A DNA stretch of 64,000 bases from Nitrospinaceae bacterium (GTDB lineage: Bacteria > Nitrospinota > Nitrospinia > Nitrospinales > Nitrospinaceae). The notes under the pieces are model-generated. The model was not told where the DNA came from. It saw only the letters and a list, made by a program, of their open reading frames with translations, and searched no databases. Location: NCBI GenBank assembly GCA_965237905.1, contig OZ250172.1:1216001-1280000 (forward strand). The letters run 5' to 3'. The number at the start of each line of letters is the position of its first letter. Within the stretch, counting starts at the first letter, position 1. The translations under genes and the position numbers were made by a program. Shown piece by piece: positions 1 through 10,554 of the stretch.

Positions 1-935
1 ATCGCCACCCCTTGCAACAAGTCATCGCACAGAGTCTGCATGGCGCGATCAATCTGAACCCGGTAATCGTTTTTTGTGGCGCGTTTGATGAACGTCGGAA
101 TCTGCGAGTCGAGCGCTTCCTTGATCTTTCCGGCCAAGTCCTGCGCCTCGCTCAAACCCTGGCTCAGCAGTTTGGATATGAGTCCGGAAAAGAACCGACC
201 GTTGCCGACCAACCCCATGTTCGCCTGGGTCGCGGCGGGCAGGATGCACCGAATCACGTCGCACGCCGCACTCCGCATAGTGAAGCTGTAAGCGATGCGG
301 TGCACCCGGCGCTCGTTATCGTCTGCCAGATCATTCAGCCCGGCCTTTTCGGTGCCGCCATTGCGTTCCACTTCGATTTGAAATTGCTCCGCCGGTAATC
401 TTTTTCGGAACAGCTCCTGCATCGGTTCGACCATAGACGCATAAGTCTCAAAGATAAAATCCATGGTCTGCACATAGGGGTCTTTCAAATCGGATGCCAT
501 GATGTTGGCGGGACACACATAGCGCCACCGCCCTTCCCTCTGCTGGTCGTAAAGTACGTAGCGGGTGGACTCTTCGATGGGGGATCCACCGATTCGGCAG
601 TCCTCGATAATTTTTGTCATGAGGTTGGAGGTTTCTTCGATGCACAGGGGGGCGACCGCCAACTCCGCCACCGACTCGTCGCCGAACTTGTTGACAACGC
701 GGTCGATCATTTCACTGCCCTTGACGTCGTTGGGAGTGCCGTCGGGATTGAGGAATTCGCGTACCACCGTTTCCTTGAATCCGGTCGGAGCCCGGCTGTA
801 ACGCGCCAGCGCCGCGCCGATCACCTCAGGGTTGAGGTTCTTCAGAGAAAACACTTTCGCCTCCACGTCCGTCAGGTAAGGGACGAGGATGGTCTTCTCG
901 CGGTCGGTCAGTTCATCGGTTCGTTTGGGTTTCAT
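1..935 (-). CDS. thyX: FAD-dependent thymidylate synthase (ThyX-like, long form), 3' end beyond the window edge
   Basis: Not in the ORF track because it has no stop. Manual translation from ATG at 935: MKPKRTDELTDREKTILVPYLTDVEAKVFSLKNLNPEVIGAALARYSR...KFGDESVAELA...IEDCRIGGSPIEESTRYV...IRCILPAATQANMGLVGNGR, motifs typical of long ThyX-like proteins. Confidence 0.75.
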   Translation of the reverse strand, partial: MKPKRTDELTDREKTILVPYLTDVEAKVFSLKNLNPEVIGAALARYSRAPTGFKETVVREFLNPDGTPNDVKGSEMIDRVVNKFGDESVAELAVAPLCIEETSNLMTKIIEDCRIGGSPIEESTRYVLYDQQREGRWRYVCPANIMASDLKDPYVQTMDFIFETYASMVEPMQELFRKRLPAEQFQIEVERNGGTEKAGLNDLADDNERRVHRIAYSFTMRSAACDVIRCILPAATQANMGLVGNGRFFSGLISKLLSQGLSEAQDLAGKIKEALDSQIPTFIKRATKNDYRVQIDRAMQTLCDDLLQGVA

Positions 936-1836
936 GGCTGGGATCTTTGGCGCACCGGAAACCGGTGTCGTTGAAACGGACTTCAGGACGGCTCCAGCGG
1001 CGGAATGCGCTGTGCAGGGTGTCCGCGTAATTCACCCACGATCCACCCCGCACCACTTTGAACTTTCCGGACTTCGGCCCTTTCGGATTATCTCGAATTT
1101 TTTCTTTGTAATAATGCCTGTCGTACCAATCGGCTACCCATTCCCAGACGTTTCCAGCCATGTCATGCACTCCATAAACCGAAGCGCCATTGGGATAACT
1201 CCCCACATCGGTCATGGTGGACACGCCCCGCCACTTCCTTTGGTAGGTGGCCTTGCCGGGTGGAGCGCTGTTGCCCCAGGGATATATGTTTCCCAAGGGA
1301 CCGCGTGCGGCCTTTTCCCATTCCGCCTCGGAGGGCAGACGCTTACCGCGCCATTTGCAATAAGCGACGGCGTCGTGCCAATTCACCTGAGTCACCGGCT
1401 GGTTGCGAATTTTTTCAGGAAAACCTTTTCCCTTCCACAAATTGCCTTGGCGGCAAGCCTTTGTTTCGCAGGTATCATCCAGGGCTGGACGGTGCCCGGT
1501 AGCCTTCACAAACTCCAGATACTTCTGGTTGGTGACTTCGTAAATATCGATCCAGTATTTGTCCACATAAACAGTATGCCGGGGCATTTCATCCTTGAAC
1601 CACCAGAGGGTGCAGGCCTTGTCCACCCGGGTACACGTCTTCAGGATCCGGCTCACCTGTTTGAAAGACAATCCCATTTTGAACCGGCCCGATGGAATTT
1701 CCACCATATCCGAAAAACCGCGATTGGAATCGACCGGTGCTTCCGCGGCGTCTGCCTGGATAAAGGACGGTGCTCCCAGAATAAAAAATGAAACCAGGAG
1801 CATCCAAAGAACCATATTCTGGGTACGGCTGACCAT
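913..1836 (-). CDS. Secreted formylglycine-generating-enzyme (FGE-sulfatase) domain protein
   Basis: Signal-peptide-like N-terminus; motifs YEVTN, PVTQVNWHDAVAYC, RLPSEAEWEKAARG, DMAGNVWEW, RGGSW, GFRCA. Start uncertain (ORF is open to 1941). Confidence 0.88.
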   Translation of the reverse strand: MVSRTQNMVLWMLLVSFFILGAPSFIQADAAEAPVDSNRGFSDMVEIPSGRFKMGLSFKQVSRILKTCTRVDKACTLWWFKDEMPRHTVYVDKYWIDIYEVTNQKYLEFVKATGHRPALDDTCETKACRQGNLWKGKGFPEKIRNQPVTQVNWHDAVAYCKWRGKRLPSEAEWEKAARGPLGNIYPWGNSAPPGKATYQRKWRGVSTMTDVGSYPNGASVYGVHDMAGNVWEWVADWYDRHYYKEKIRDNPKGPKSGKFKVVRGGSWVNYADTLHSAFRRWSRPEVRFNDTGFRCAKDPSHETQTNR

Positions 1837-1885
1837 CAACAATAATAAAATCTTCCTGCGATGAATGGAGTTATGGGAAAGAAAC

Positions 1886-2431
1886 TTATTCGATGCCGGA
1901 ATCTCCGGAACCTTCTTTAAACCGGGCCATCTCCTTGCCATGAATATAGAACAGACAAAGACCCAGAATCATGTTTACGGTGTAAAGCATTTCAACTCTC
2001 ATATGGTAACGATCAAATTGCAGTTGCAGGCGTGTATCCGCGGGATTGGCTTTTTTTTGTTCATCCATGGTATGCATTTGAGGGCGCAAAATACTGCCGA
2101 TATACAACGCGAGTACCACCATGATGGCCAGAAACACTTCCTTGGTATACTTTCTTTTGGTCACCACGGGCTCCACGTACCCGGCCCATCCCTTGCGTGC
2201 GGCCAGAAACTTGATCACCACCGCCAGAACCATCAACCCTACACACCAGTAAATGATCTGACCATTAAAGAGATCCATGATCCTGCCGACCACCTCACTT
2301 TGCTTGGGTTGTTCAAGATTTCTGCGTAACACGCTTTCGACCAGTATCCCCAGCAAAAACATCCCGCTGACCCAGAGGGACAGCGAAAACAGGTACAGCC
2401 AGTTGGAAAAATAGATGAGACGTTTCATCAT
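1886..2431 (-). CDS. DUF4149-like membrane protein
   Basis: 181 aa with four hydrophobic segments and an FDRYH motif before the last TM helix. Confidence 0.65.
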   Translation of the reverse strand: MMKRLIYFSNWLYLFSLSLWVSGMFLLGILVESVLRRNLEQPKQSEVVGRIMDLFNGQIIYWCVGLMVLAVVIKFLAARKGWAGYVEPVVTKRKYTKEVFLAIMVVLALYIGSILRPQMHTMDEQKKANPADTRLQLQFDRYHMRVEMLYTVNMILGLCLFYIHGKEMARFKEGSGDSGIE

Positions 2432-2469
2432 TGAACGGATCTGTTACGACCCGCCTCCCCTCTCAAGAT

Positions 2470-2778
2470 TTACCGGTTTCCGGAAACCCGCTTGCGCAAT
2501 TCCTTGAAACTGTCCTCGATGTCTTTGGCCTGTTGCCTTTTCTGCCGCTCAACCTCCGGCAAATCGCCCCCGAACCAAGTTTTGACCGTCGTTCCCGTCT
2601 TGTACCGGTTGACGGAATTGAGGATGGACAAATAAACGACCCCGTACAAAACGGCGAAGGTATAAAGAGCCCACGGAATGAAGGATCTGAGCCGTTTTTG
2701 TTCCTGAGGCGGCTTACTCTCCCACCAGGCCACAAGGTCACGCCATTTGGATATCAACTTTCGCATACCATTTCCCAC
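2470..2778 (-). CDS. Hypothetical single-TM membrane protein
   Basis: 102 aa ORF with one TM segment and a charged C-terminus, co-oriented with the downstream genes. Confidence 0.55.
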   Translation of the reverse strand: MGNGMRKLISKWRDLVAWWESKPPQEQKRLRSFIPWALYTFAVLYGVVYLSILNSVNRYKTGTTVKTWFGGDLPEVERQKRQQAKDIEDSFKELRKRVSGNR

Positions 2779-2957
2779 ACAGCGGAAACTTTCCGAATCT
2801 TAAAACCAACTATTTGACCCGGCTCCGCTTAACTGGGCCATCATAGCAAAACCCCTATGGGGATACAAGCAAGCGCCACCCGGTAGCGCGGGGTTTGTGA
2901 TATAGTTGCCCCGTTTACCCATTGTTTGAAACAGTTAACTATCGCACGAGGTTTCCC

Positions 2958-4217
2958 TTGATCGAAATTCAACCCGCCTCGGCCATCCGTGCCACCGTGG
3001 CGGCACCGCCCTCTAAAAGCTACACCAACCGTGCCTACATCGTGGCAGCGCTGGCAGACGGCACCGTGCGCCTGGAAAACCCGCTGTTCAGCGACGATAC
3101 CCGTTACATGCGGGAAGCCCTGCTCCAGTTCGGCGTCCCGGTAGTGGAGGAAAAACAAGCCGCGGTGGTTCAGGGCCAGGGCGGAAAACTGAAGGTTCCC
3201 GACCAGGAAGTCTTTATCGGCAACGCCGGGACCACCATGCGGTTTCTGACCACCTTTGCCACTCTCGCTCCGGGATTGACACACCTGACAGGAGACGAGC
3301 GCATGCAGGAAAGACCCATCGAGGACCTGCTGACCTGCCTCCGGCAGATGAATCTGAAAGTCGAGTCCACCAAGGGAAACGGATGCCCCCCTATTGAAAT
3401 TCATGGTGGAAAACTGCAGGGTGGATCGGTCACACTGGCCGGGGATAAGAGCAGTCAATACCTCACTTCCCTGCTCCTTTCGGCGCCCTATTTTCAAAAC
3501 GATACTGTTATCAACATCGAAGGCAAACTGACCTCCAAGTCCTATGTCGACATCACCCTCGACATCATGCAGACCTTCGGGGTGTCTGTACTCAATGAGT
3601 TTTACCGAAAGTTCACCATCCCTGCGAGCCAGCGCTACCGGGCCCGGTCCTACGCCGTGGAAGGTGACGCCTCCAGCGCCTCCTATTTCTTTGCGGCGGC
3701 GGCGGTTACAGGAGGGGAAGTATCAGTCACTAATCTCAACCCGGACAGTGTCCAGGGAGACATCCATTTTCCGGGCGCGCTCGAACAAATGGGTTGCGAA
3801 GTAAAACACTCCGGCGAAAAAATTACGGTTTTTGGAAATCCTTTGCGCGGAATCACCATCCATATGAACGACATGCCGGACGTGGTGCAGACTTTGGCGG
3901 TGGTGGCGTTGTTCGCCGAAGGGAAAACCACGATGACCGGAATCAGTAACCTGAGAATCAAGGAAACCGATCGGATTGCCGCTTTGGCGAACGAACTCAC
4001 CCGGCTGGGTGCCTCTGTCGAAGCGGGGGATGACTTCATCATTATCGAGCCGGGGACACACCAACCCGCCGAGGTGGAAACCTACGACGACCATCGCATG
4101 GCGATGAGTTTCGCGGTGGCCGGCCTCGGCATCCCGGGAGTGAAAATCAAAAATCCCCGGTGCGTCGACAAATCGTTTCCAGATTTCTTCGAACGCTTTC
4201 AGGAACTCTATGGGTGA
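2958..4217 (+). CDS. aroA: 3-phosphoshikimate 1-carboxyvinyltransferase (EPSP synthase)
   Basis: Motifs [57 protein letters not shown] start at 2958 after GAGG. Confidence 0.97.
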   Translation: MIEIQPASAIRATVAAPPSKSYTNRAYIVAALADGTVRLENPLFSDDTRYMREALLQFGVPVVEEKQAAVVQGQGGKLKVPDQEVFIGNAGTTMRFLTTFATLAPGLTHLTGDERMQERPIEDLLTCLRQMNLKVESTKGNGCPPIEIHGGKLQGGSVTLAGDKSSQYLTSLLLSAPYFQNDTVINIEGKLTSKSYVDITLDIMQTFGVSVLNEFYRKFTIPASQRYRARSYAVEGDASSASYFFAAAAVTGGEVSVTNLNPDSVQGDIHFPGALEQMGCEVKHSGEKITVFGNPLRGITIHMNDMPDVVQTLAVVALFAEGKTTMTGISNLRIKETDRIAALANELTRLGASVEAGDDFIIIEPGTHQPAEVETYDDHRMAMSFAVAGLGIPGVKIKNPRCVDKSFPDFFERFQELYG

Positions 4218-6330
4218 CCCAAAATACACCAATCAACTGATTCACGAGAAAAGTCCCTATCTTCTGCAACACGCCCACAATCCCGTGAACTGGCACCCGT
4301 GGGGCGATGAAGCCTTTGCCCTCGCCAAAAAGGAAAACAAACCCGTGCTGGTCAGCATCGGCTACGCCACCTGCCACTGGTGCCATGTCATGGAACGGGA
4401 ATCGTTTGAAGACCCGGAGCTGGCGGAGTTTCTGAACGCCAACTTCTACGCCATCAAAGTCGACCGCGAAGAACGGCCGGACGTCGACGGCATTTACATG
4501 AAAGCCATTCAGGCGCTGGGCCAGCAGGGCGGCTGGCCCCTTAACATATTCGTCACCCCGGACGGCGTTCCCTTTTACGGCGGCACCTATTTCCCGCCTA
4601 TGAAAAAGTTCAATCTGCCGTCTTTTGCCGATGTGCTCCGCTTTCTCGACAATATATGGAAAAACGATCAGGCGAAGATTGCCAAACAGACTGAAGGCCT
4701 GATCACCTATCTCAAAAACTCCGCCATGCAGGAACCGAGTGGCGAATTGGATTCGCTCGGTTTTCACGGCGAGGACAAGGCCCGCCAATTGTACGGCGAT
4801 CAGTACGATACCCTGCACCACGGCTTCCGCTTTCAACCGCAGAACAAGTTTCCCCCGTCGATGGGGCTATCCCAGCTTCTCAGGCACCATCACCGCACTG
4901 GCGACGCACTCAGCCTGGAGATGGCGGAGAATACCTTGAAGGCCATGAAGCATGGCGGCATCTACGATCAAATCGGTGGCGGCCTGGCACGCTACAGCAC
5001 CGATTATCACTGGCTGGTACCGCATTTCGAAAAGATGCTGTACGACAACTCACTGTTCGTCACCGCTCTGATTGAGGCCTACCAGGTCACGGGCAATTCA
5101 GAATATGCGGAATATGCCAACGACCTGCTGGAGTATATCGACCGAGATATGACGCATTCCGATGGCGGGTTTTACAGCGCCGAGGACGCCGACAGCGAAG
5201 GCGTGGAAGGAAAGTTTTATGTATGGTCGCAGGGCGAAATCGAACACCTGCTGGACCGTCAGACTTCCAGCATCGTTATTCCCTTTTACAACGTCACCCA
5301 ACCGGGCAACTGGGAGCACAACAATATTCTGAACGTCACCCGTTCTCCCGAACAACTGGCGCAAGAGCAGGGTCTGGATGTGGCAGTGGTCCGTGAGAAG
5401 ATCGCCAAGGGCGGGAAAATCCTGCTGGAAGCGCGAAGCAAGCGCATCCGCCCCCTGTTGGACGACAAAGTGCTGACCTCGTGGAACGGCCTGATGATCT
5501 CCGCCATGGCACGAACCGGTCGCGTGCTGACCGATGACGACCGCATCGTCACAGCGGAAAAAGCTCTGGCGTTTATCTGGCAACACCTGCACACCGATGA
5601 AGGCAAGCTGTTAAGGCGGTGGCGCGACGGTCAGGCGCGGTACGACGGCTATCTGTTCGATTACACCTCCATCGCCGTGGCCTGTCTGGAACTGTACGAG
5701 GCGACCTACAATCCCGATTATATCGACAAGGCGGCGGAGCTGATGCAGACGGTCGAAGAAAAATTCAAAGCCACGCACGCTTATTACGAAACTGCAAGCG
5801 ACAGCGAAGATTTGATCGTGCGGCAGATTTCCGGTTACGACGGGGTCGAGCCCTCCGGCAACAGCAACGCCGCTCTGGCTTTGCTAAAGTTGTCGGCTTA
5901 CAAACTCGACTTGGACCTGGAGAAACGGGCAGAAAATATTTTTGTGGCGTTTCATGTTGAAATGATGGAATACGGCCTCAACTCGCCGTTCATGATGCAA
6001 ACGTTGCACCTGTACTTGTCCGGGAAAAAAGAAGTGGCCATTGTCGCGCCGCGCGATCACGCATCCGCCGACGACATGCTGAAACTCATCCGCACCGGGT
6101 TCTTCCCGAATGCGGTGTTTGCGTTTGCCTGGGAGGACGCTCCTGAGAAACAACGCATTCCTCTCCTGGCCGACAAAAAGGTGGTGGATGGAAAAGCCAC
6201 GGCTTATGTCTGCGAACACGGCACCTGCCGTGCGCCAGTGACTTCCGCCGGAGAATTGAAGGCCCTGCTGGACGACTACCGCTCCCCTGACGGGGACCGG
6301 GCAAAGCCCGGAGCAAATTTAAAACCTTAG
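4210..6330 (+). CDS. Thioredoxin-domain protein, YyaL/SSP411 family
   Basis: [67 protein letters not shown]; overlaps the aroA stop. Confidence 0.93.
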   Translation: MGDPKYTNQLIHEKSPYLLQHAHNPVNWHPWGDEAFALAKKENKPVLVSIGYATCHWCHVMERESFEDPELAEFLNANFYAIKVDREERPDVDGIYMKAIQALGQQGGWPLNIFVTPDGVPFYGGTYFPPMKKFNLPSFADVLRFLDNIWKNDQAKIAKQTEGLITYLKNSAMQEPSGELDSLGFHGEDKARQLYGDQYDTLHHGFRFQPQNKFPPSMGLSQLLRHHHRTGDALSLEMAENTLKAMKHGGIYDQIGGGLARYSTDYHWLVPHFEKMLYDNSLFVTALIEAYQVTGNSEYAEYANDLLEYIDRDMTHSDGGFYSAEDADSEGVEGKFYVWSQGEIEHLLDRQTSSIVIPFYNVTQPGNWEHNNILNVTRSPEQLAQEQGLDVAVVREKIAKGGKILLEARSKRIRPLLDDKVLTSWNGLMISAMARTGRVLTDDDRIVTAEKALAFIWQHLHTDEGKLLRRWRDGQARYDGYLFDYTSIAVACLELYEATYNPDYIDKAAELMQTVEEKFKATHAYYETASDSEDLIVRQISGYDGVEPSGNSNAALALLKLSAYKLDLDLEKRAENIFVAFHVEMMEYGLNSPFMMQTLHLYLSGKKEVAIVAPRDHASADDMLKLIRTGFFPNAVFAFAWEDAPEKQRIPLLADKKVVDGKATAYVCEHGTCRAPVTSAGELKALLDDYRSPDGDRAKPGANLKP

Positions 6331-6507
6331 AACTGCGCCCTACGACCATCGCTTGCCGTTAACCGTCAGCCAGTTCCCTCCCCCGGTAGGGGGCCGCATT
6401 TGGTTTTGGCTTTCAATTGGGGGGTATGCTAGACTTTTGCATCCCATCAGCGGATGCCCGGTTTTTGCTGATTATCCAATTTTTCACCCACTCTCCAGGT
6501 TTCGAAT

Positions 6508-7509
6508 ATGCGTACAGAATTGATCGAATCGATGATAAATGCAGGGCTTGCCGGCCAAGGCATTTCACGCGAGCAGGCGTTGGAGCTCGGCACCCTGGAC
6601 CATAAAGAACTGGATACCCTGTTCGAGGGCACCAACCGGGTGCGCGACCGGCACATGGGTAATGCGGTTAAAATCTGCTCGATCGTCAACGCCAAGTCCG
6701 GAAAATGCCCGGAGGATTGCGGGTTCTGCGCCCAGTCGTCGAAATTCGAGACCGACTCACCGGAATACGGCTTGATGAAACCCGAGGAAATTCTCGCCGC
6801 CGCGAAGGAAGCCGAAGCCTTCGGCTCCAACGAATTTTCCATCGTCACCTCCGGCACTGCCATGACCGACCGCCAGGAACTGGACACCCTGATCGAAGCC
6901 ATCAAAATGATCAAGGCAGAAACCAAAATCGAAGTGTGCTGTTCATTGGGATTGATGAGCACCGAACATCTGAAAGAACTGAAAGCGGCGGGACTCGACC
7001 GGTTCCACCACAACGTCGAAACCGCGGCCAGTTATTTCGAAAACATCGTCACCACCCATTCGTATCAGGATGAGGTGCAGGCCATCCGAAATGCGAAGGA
7101 AGCAGGACTGCACGTCTGCGTCGGCGGTATCTTCGGGATGGGCGAAACCTACGAGCAGAGGGTCGAGATGGTGTTCGACGTGAAGGATCTGGAAACCGAT
7201 TCCTATCCCATCAATTTCCTGAAACCCCTAAAGGGCACGGCGGCGGAAAACATGGGCTATATTGAATTGTACGAAGCACTCCGCACCATCGCCCTGCACC
7301 GGCTGGTGATGCCCCACATGGACCTGTTCGTATGCGGTGGCCGGGAGGAAGTGTTCGCCGACCAGCAGGAGAAATTATTCGCGGCCGGTGCCAACGGCAT
7401 CCTGGGCGGCAATTACCTGACTACCAAGGGGCAGGATCCCCAACGGGATATTGAAATGATCGAAAACCTCGGCTTGGTTCCGGTTCTGGAATCGGCTTCC
7501 TCCGCCTGA
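6508..7509 (+). CDS. bioB: Biotin synthase
   Basis: NAKSGKCPEDCGFCAQS radical SAM motif, HHNVET, CVGGIFGMGE, PINFL, GNYLTT. Confidence 0.95.
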   Translation: MRTELIESMINAGLAGQGISREQALELGTLDHKELDTLFEGTNRVRDRHMGNAVKICSIVNAKSGKCPEDCGFCAQSSKFETDSPEYGLMKPEEILAAAKEAEAFGSNEFSIVTSGTAMTDRQELDTLIEAIKMIKAETKIEVCCSLGLMSTEHLKELKAAGLDRFHHNVETAASYFENIVTTHSYQDEVQAIRNAKEAGLHVCVGGIFGMGETYEQRVEMVFDVKDLETDSYPINFLKPLKGTAAENMGYIELYEALRTIALHRLVMPHMDLFVCGGREEVFADQQEKLFAAGANGILGGNYLTTKGQDPQRDIEMIENLGLVPVLESASSA

Positions 7510-7524
7510 CTCCAACCCGATTCC

Positions 7525-7558
7525 AAAAAAAAACGCCCCCGGGAAAACCCGAGGGCGG
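7525..7558. terminator. Intrinsic terminator between convergent bioB and trxA
   Basis: A-tract followed by GC hairpin CGCCCCCGGG-AAAA-CCCGAGGGCG; the U-tract reads on the minus strand. Confidence 0.7.
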
Positions 7559-7572
7559 AACAATCCAAATTT

Positions 7573-7899
7573 TTATATATTTTCGTCGATGATCTTTTTG
7601 ATTTCAGCTTTGGATTTGACCCCGACCAACTGCTGAACGACCTGTCCCCCCTTGAACAACAGCAGGGTAGGAATGCCGCGAATTCCATATTTAGTGGCAG
7701 TAGCCGGGTTGTCATCCACGTTCAGCTTGCCCACCAAGACTTTGTCCGCATACTCACCGGCAATCTCCTCCACTGTGGGGGCCAGCATTTTACAGGGTTG
7801 ACACCACTCCGCCCAAAAATCGATCAAGGCAGGCTTATCACCCTGGAGTACAGAAGACTCAAACTCAGCGTCAGATACAGTGACGATTTTTCCCGACAT
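7573..7899 (-). CDS. trxA: Thioredoxin
   Basis: DFWAEWCQPCK, KYGIRGIPTLLLFK; AGGAG RBS upstream of ATG 7899. Confidence 0.93.
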   Translation of the reverse strand: MSGKIVTVSDAEFESSVLQGDKPALIDFWAEWCQPCKMLAPTVEEIAGEYADKVLVGKLNVDDNPATATKYGIRGIPTLLLFKGGQVVQQLVGVKSKAEIKKIIDENI

Positions 7900-8151
7900 A
7901 AAAACCACTCCTTTAAAAAGATGTGACTGGACCCGATGGCATGATCAGGGTTTGAAAACTACCGTGGGGGGAACTTCCCAGAAAAGATAATAATAGCATC
8001 AAGCTACTCAATTTAGCTGTTTTTTTCAAGGATGTTTTTGACGCTTTTTGATATTATCAATGCCAGCCGTAATCAAACCCCGATTAAAAAGGGTTTTTTT
8101 GCTTTACGATTTTAGATGGTATTTTCATCGCAAAGATTCAGGAGTCTGTAA

Positions 8152-8625
8152 ATGCCCAATTTAATCAGTTGGTTCGCCTATGATGAAATGATGAATCCCG
8201 AGGTTATCCAGAAATCGGGCTTGGAATACGAGACGGCCTTCAGTGTATCCCTTTCGGCTTATAAACTGGTATTCAACAAAATCCCTGTGGATAACGGCGG
8301 CAAAGAAAATCTGGGCCTGCCCAACATCGAGCCCATCCCAGGTAATCTGGGGATGATGGAAGGTGTGCTGTATGAAATGCTGGAAGAAAACCTGCCGAAA
8401 CTCGATGCCCTGTACCATCACCCGAAAGAGTACCAACGCAGAAAAATGCGCTTCACCAAGCACGATTTCACCTTCGTCAATGGAATTGTCTATATCGCCC
8501 AGAAAGAACGGACGCAGAAAGGTCTGATGCCCAGCAAAGATATGCTTAAAGTCTATAAAGGATGCCGCAAGATCCTGACCAAACTTTATCTATCGAGACT
8601 GCTGATCCGCCCCGCCATCGAATAA
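8152..8625 (+). CDS. Gamma-glutamylcyclotransferase (GGCT/AIG2-like) fold protein with degenerate motifs
   Basis: WFAYDEMMN (compare YFAYGSNL), YKLVFN, EGVLYEM, LD..., PSKDML pattern; AGGAG RBS. Confidence 0.65.
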   Translation: MPNLISWFAYDEMMNPEVIQKSGLEYETAFSVSLSAYKLVFNKIPVDNGGKENLGLPNIEPIPGNLGMMEGVLYEMLEENLPKLDALYHHPKEYQRRKMRFTKHDFTFVNGIVYIAQKERTQKGLMPSKDMLKVYKGCRKILTKLYLSRLLIRPAIE

Positions 8626-8654
8626 GGAACCGGAAACGCCGCCAGGAATGAAAC

Positions 8655-9419
8655 ATGAATACTGCTATGCGGGCGCTGGTCCGGCCACCCTCCCAAAATT
8701 TTATCAACGCCCTCTCGGAACATCCGCAGGCAACGTCCATCAATTTTCAAAAAGCCCGGCAACAGCACGCGGCCTATTGCGAGGCGCTTAAAACTGCCGG
8801 GCTGGCCGTGGAAATTCTGGAACCACTGGACGCTTTTCCAGACAGCGTATTTATCGAAGACAACGCGGTGATTCTGGAAGGCCGGGCTATCCTCTGCTCG
8901 ATGAAGGAAACCAGCCGCCAGGGGGAAATATCATTTTTAGCGGACACTCTCCAGTCGCGCCTGCCGGTGGTGCGACTGCAGGCACCGGTGTTCATCGATG
9001 GCGGCGACATCCTGCAAACGGAAGACACTGTATTCGTCGGCCTCTCCCAACGCACCCATAGGGAAGCAGTGGAAGCCCTGCAATCCCTTACGCCCAAACC
9101 GGTGGTGCCGGTTCATGTCAAACAGGGACTGCATTTAAAAACCTCGGTCAGTGTCTTGGGAAACCATTTGCTGATCATCCAACCCTCACAGGTGGACACC
9201 GAACCACTCAACGGGTATGAATGGATTGAGGTGGATGAAGAGGAAGCCTATGCGGCGAATTGTTTAACGATGGGAAAAAACGTAATCCTGCCCGCCGGAT
9301 TCCCCAAACTGGAACAACGCATTCAGGAGCACGGTTTTTCAACCTTGCCGGTGGACATGAGCGAATTCCAAAAAGCCGACGGCGGTGTGACCTGCCTCAG
9401 TCTTGTAATAGAGGAATAA
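8655..9419 (+). CDS. Dimethylarginine dimethylaminohydrolase (amidinotransferase superfamily)
   Basis: FPDSVFIED, DGGDIL, VGLSQRT, LHLKT, ANCL, MSEFQKADGGVTCLS with the catalytic Cys. Confidence 0.9.
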   Translation: MNTAMRALVRPPSQNFINALSEHPQATSINFQKARQQHAAYCEALKTAGLAVEILEPLDAFPDSVFIEDNAVILEGRAILCSMKETSRQGEISFLADTLQSRLPVVRLQAPVFIDGGDILQTEDTVFVGLSQRTHREAVEALQSLTPKPVVPVHVKQGLHLKTSVSVLGNHLLIIQPSQVDTEPLNGYEWIEVDEEEAYAANCLTMGKNVILPAGFPKLEQRIQEHGFSTLPVDMSEFQKADGGVTCLSLVIEE

Positions 9420-9420
9420 A

Positions 9421-10547
9421 TTATTCCGGCAATTCCTGCTTAAGAGGTTTAGTGTAGCCCACTAACTCGACATAGCCTTTGCCTTTTACGGGTTTACCGT
9501 TCACTGTACCCGACACGTTCACACTGCCTTCCCAATAAGAGGTGGAGATCGAGCGCAGGTGATGCAGTTCCTGATTCGCCATCTCCGGCTTCACCTTCAA
9601 ACGGATGCCATGCTGCGGGACTTCCAGTGTCCAACCGGCGGGGTATAGGGTGCCTGACTGTTCGCTGGCCCATTGTCCCTCGGATTGAATAGAATACTTG
9701 TTGAGAACCAGATGCGTTCCCCTGCCATCCGCGTCGACCCACGTACCGCTGGAATTTTTTTCAATCGCTCCATTCTTTTTTCGAATCTGATAGAGCATGA
9801 GCTCGGTGTCATTATCGAGCTGAACCGAAAACCAGTCCCATCCGATCTGCGCATCACTCAATTGATTGCTGGAAAACTCGTGATCCATCCAGCTCAGGCC
9901 TTTCACCTGATAGGTTTTGCCCTTCAGAGTCACCTGCCCTTCCGTCCGCATGCGCGTGAAGGTAAAGTAATGCGAAGCGTTGCCTGACGCTTCGCCCTTC
10001 TGGCTCACCCCATCCCTGCCATGAATAACGAGTGGCTTTGATGGCGTGAGCTTCAAATCGAACGCCACCTCCCCTTCCCGCGCTTTGAGATGATGCGCTT
10101 GTCCGCTTTCCGTGAGAGACCAGTTTTCATTCCATACTTTTAATTGATCCGATTCAGCACCGGCCTGTCCCAGTCCCGCACGGTTGATACGTTCAAAGAA
10201 ATGAAATTTTTCGTTCTCAATATCCGAAAGCGTCATGTGCGCAAAATAGATGTGGCCGATTTTCCATTGGGAGGGATTATTCACCTTGTCCTTCTTGTCC
10301 AATGCAACGCGGAAAAACGTGAGTTGGTATCCGAAGGACCGGCCAGTGACATCCTCAAGGTGGCCGGTGTAATCCACCACTCGATGCGGAAATCGTTGTG
10401 CGAATAAAAGTCACGGGGGAATCGGTACTCATAACCGGGAAGCGCCGGACGAAAGGAGGACAGGGATTGCGTTTCCTGAGAAACAACGGGCGCCGCCATA
10501 AAAATCAACAATAGCAAGCCCGCGACCCGGATCGTGCCTTTAAACAC
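9421..10547 (-). pseudogene. Lipocalin-like AttH/CrtC (carotenoid 1,2-hydratase family) secreted protein split by a 1-nt frameshift; pseudogene or sequencing error
   Basis: N-terminal frame (GTG 10547, AGGAG RBS) reads ...FPRDFYSHNDFRIEWW; the C-terminal frame continues YTGHL...GYQLTFFR...WMDHEFSS...GWDWF...YWEG...GYVELVGY. One base is missing at 10373/10374. Confidence 0.8.
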
Positions 10548-10554
10548 GCGACTC

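Noticed and set aside
889..1791. Long antisense ORFs (e.g. 889-1791, 26139-27026, 32131-33372, 33296-34273, 42058-42954)
   Set aside because: They are shadows of well-supported genes on the opposite strand and carry no motifs
6331..6507. BirA operator or riboswitch upstream of bioB
   Set aside because: No convincing TGTAAAC-N-GTTTACA palindrome or recognisable aptamer; only short hairpins
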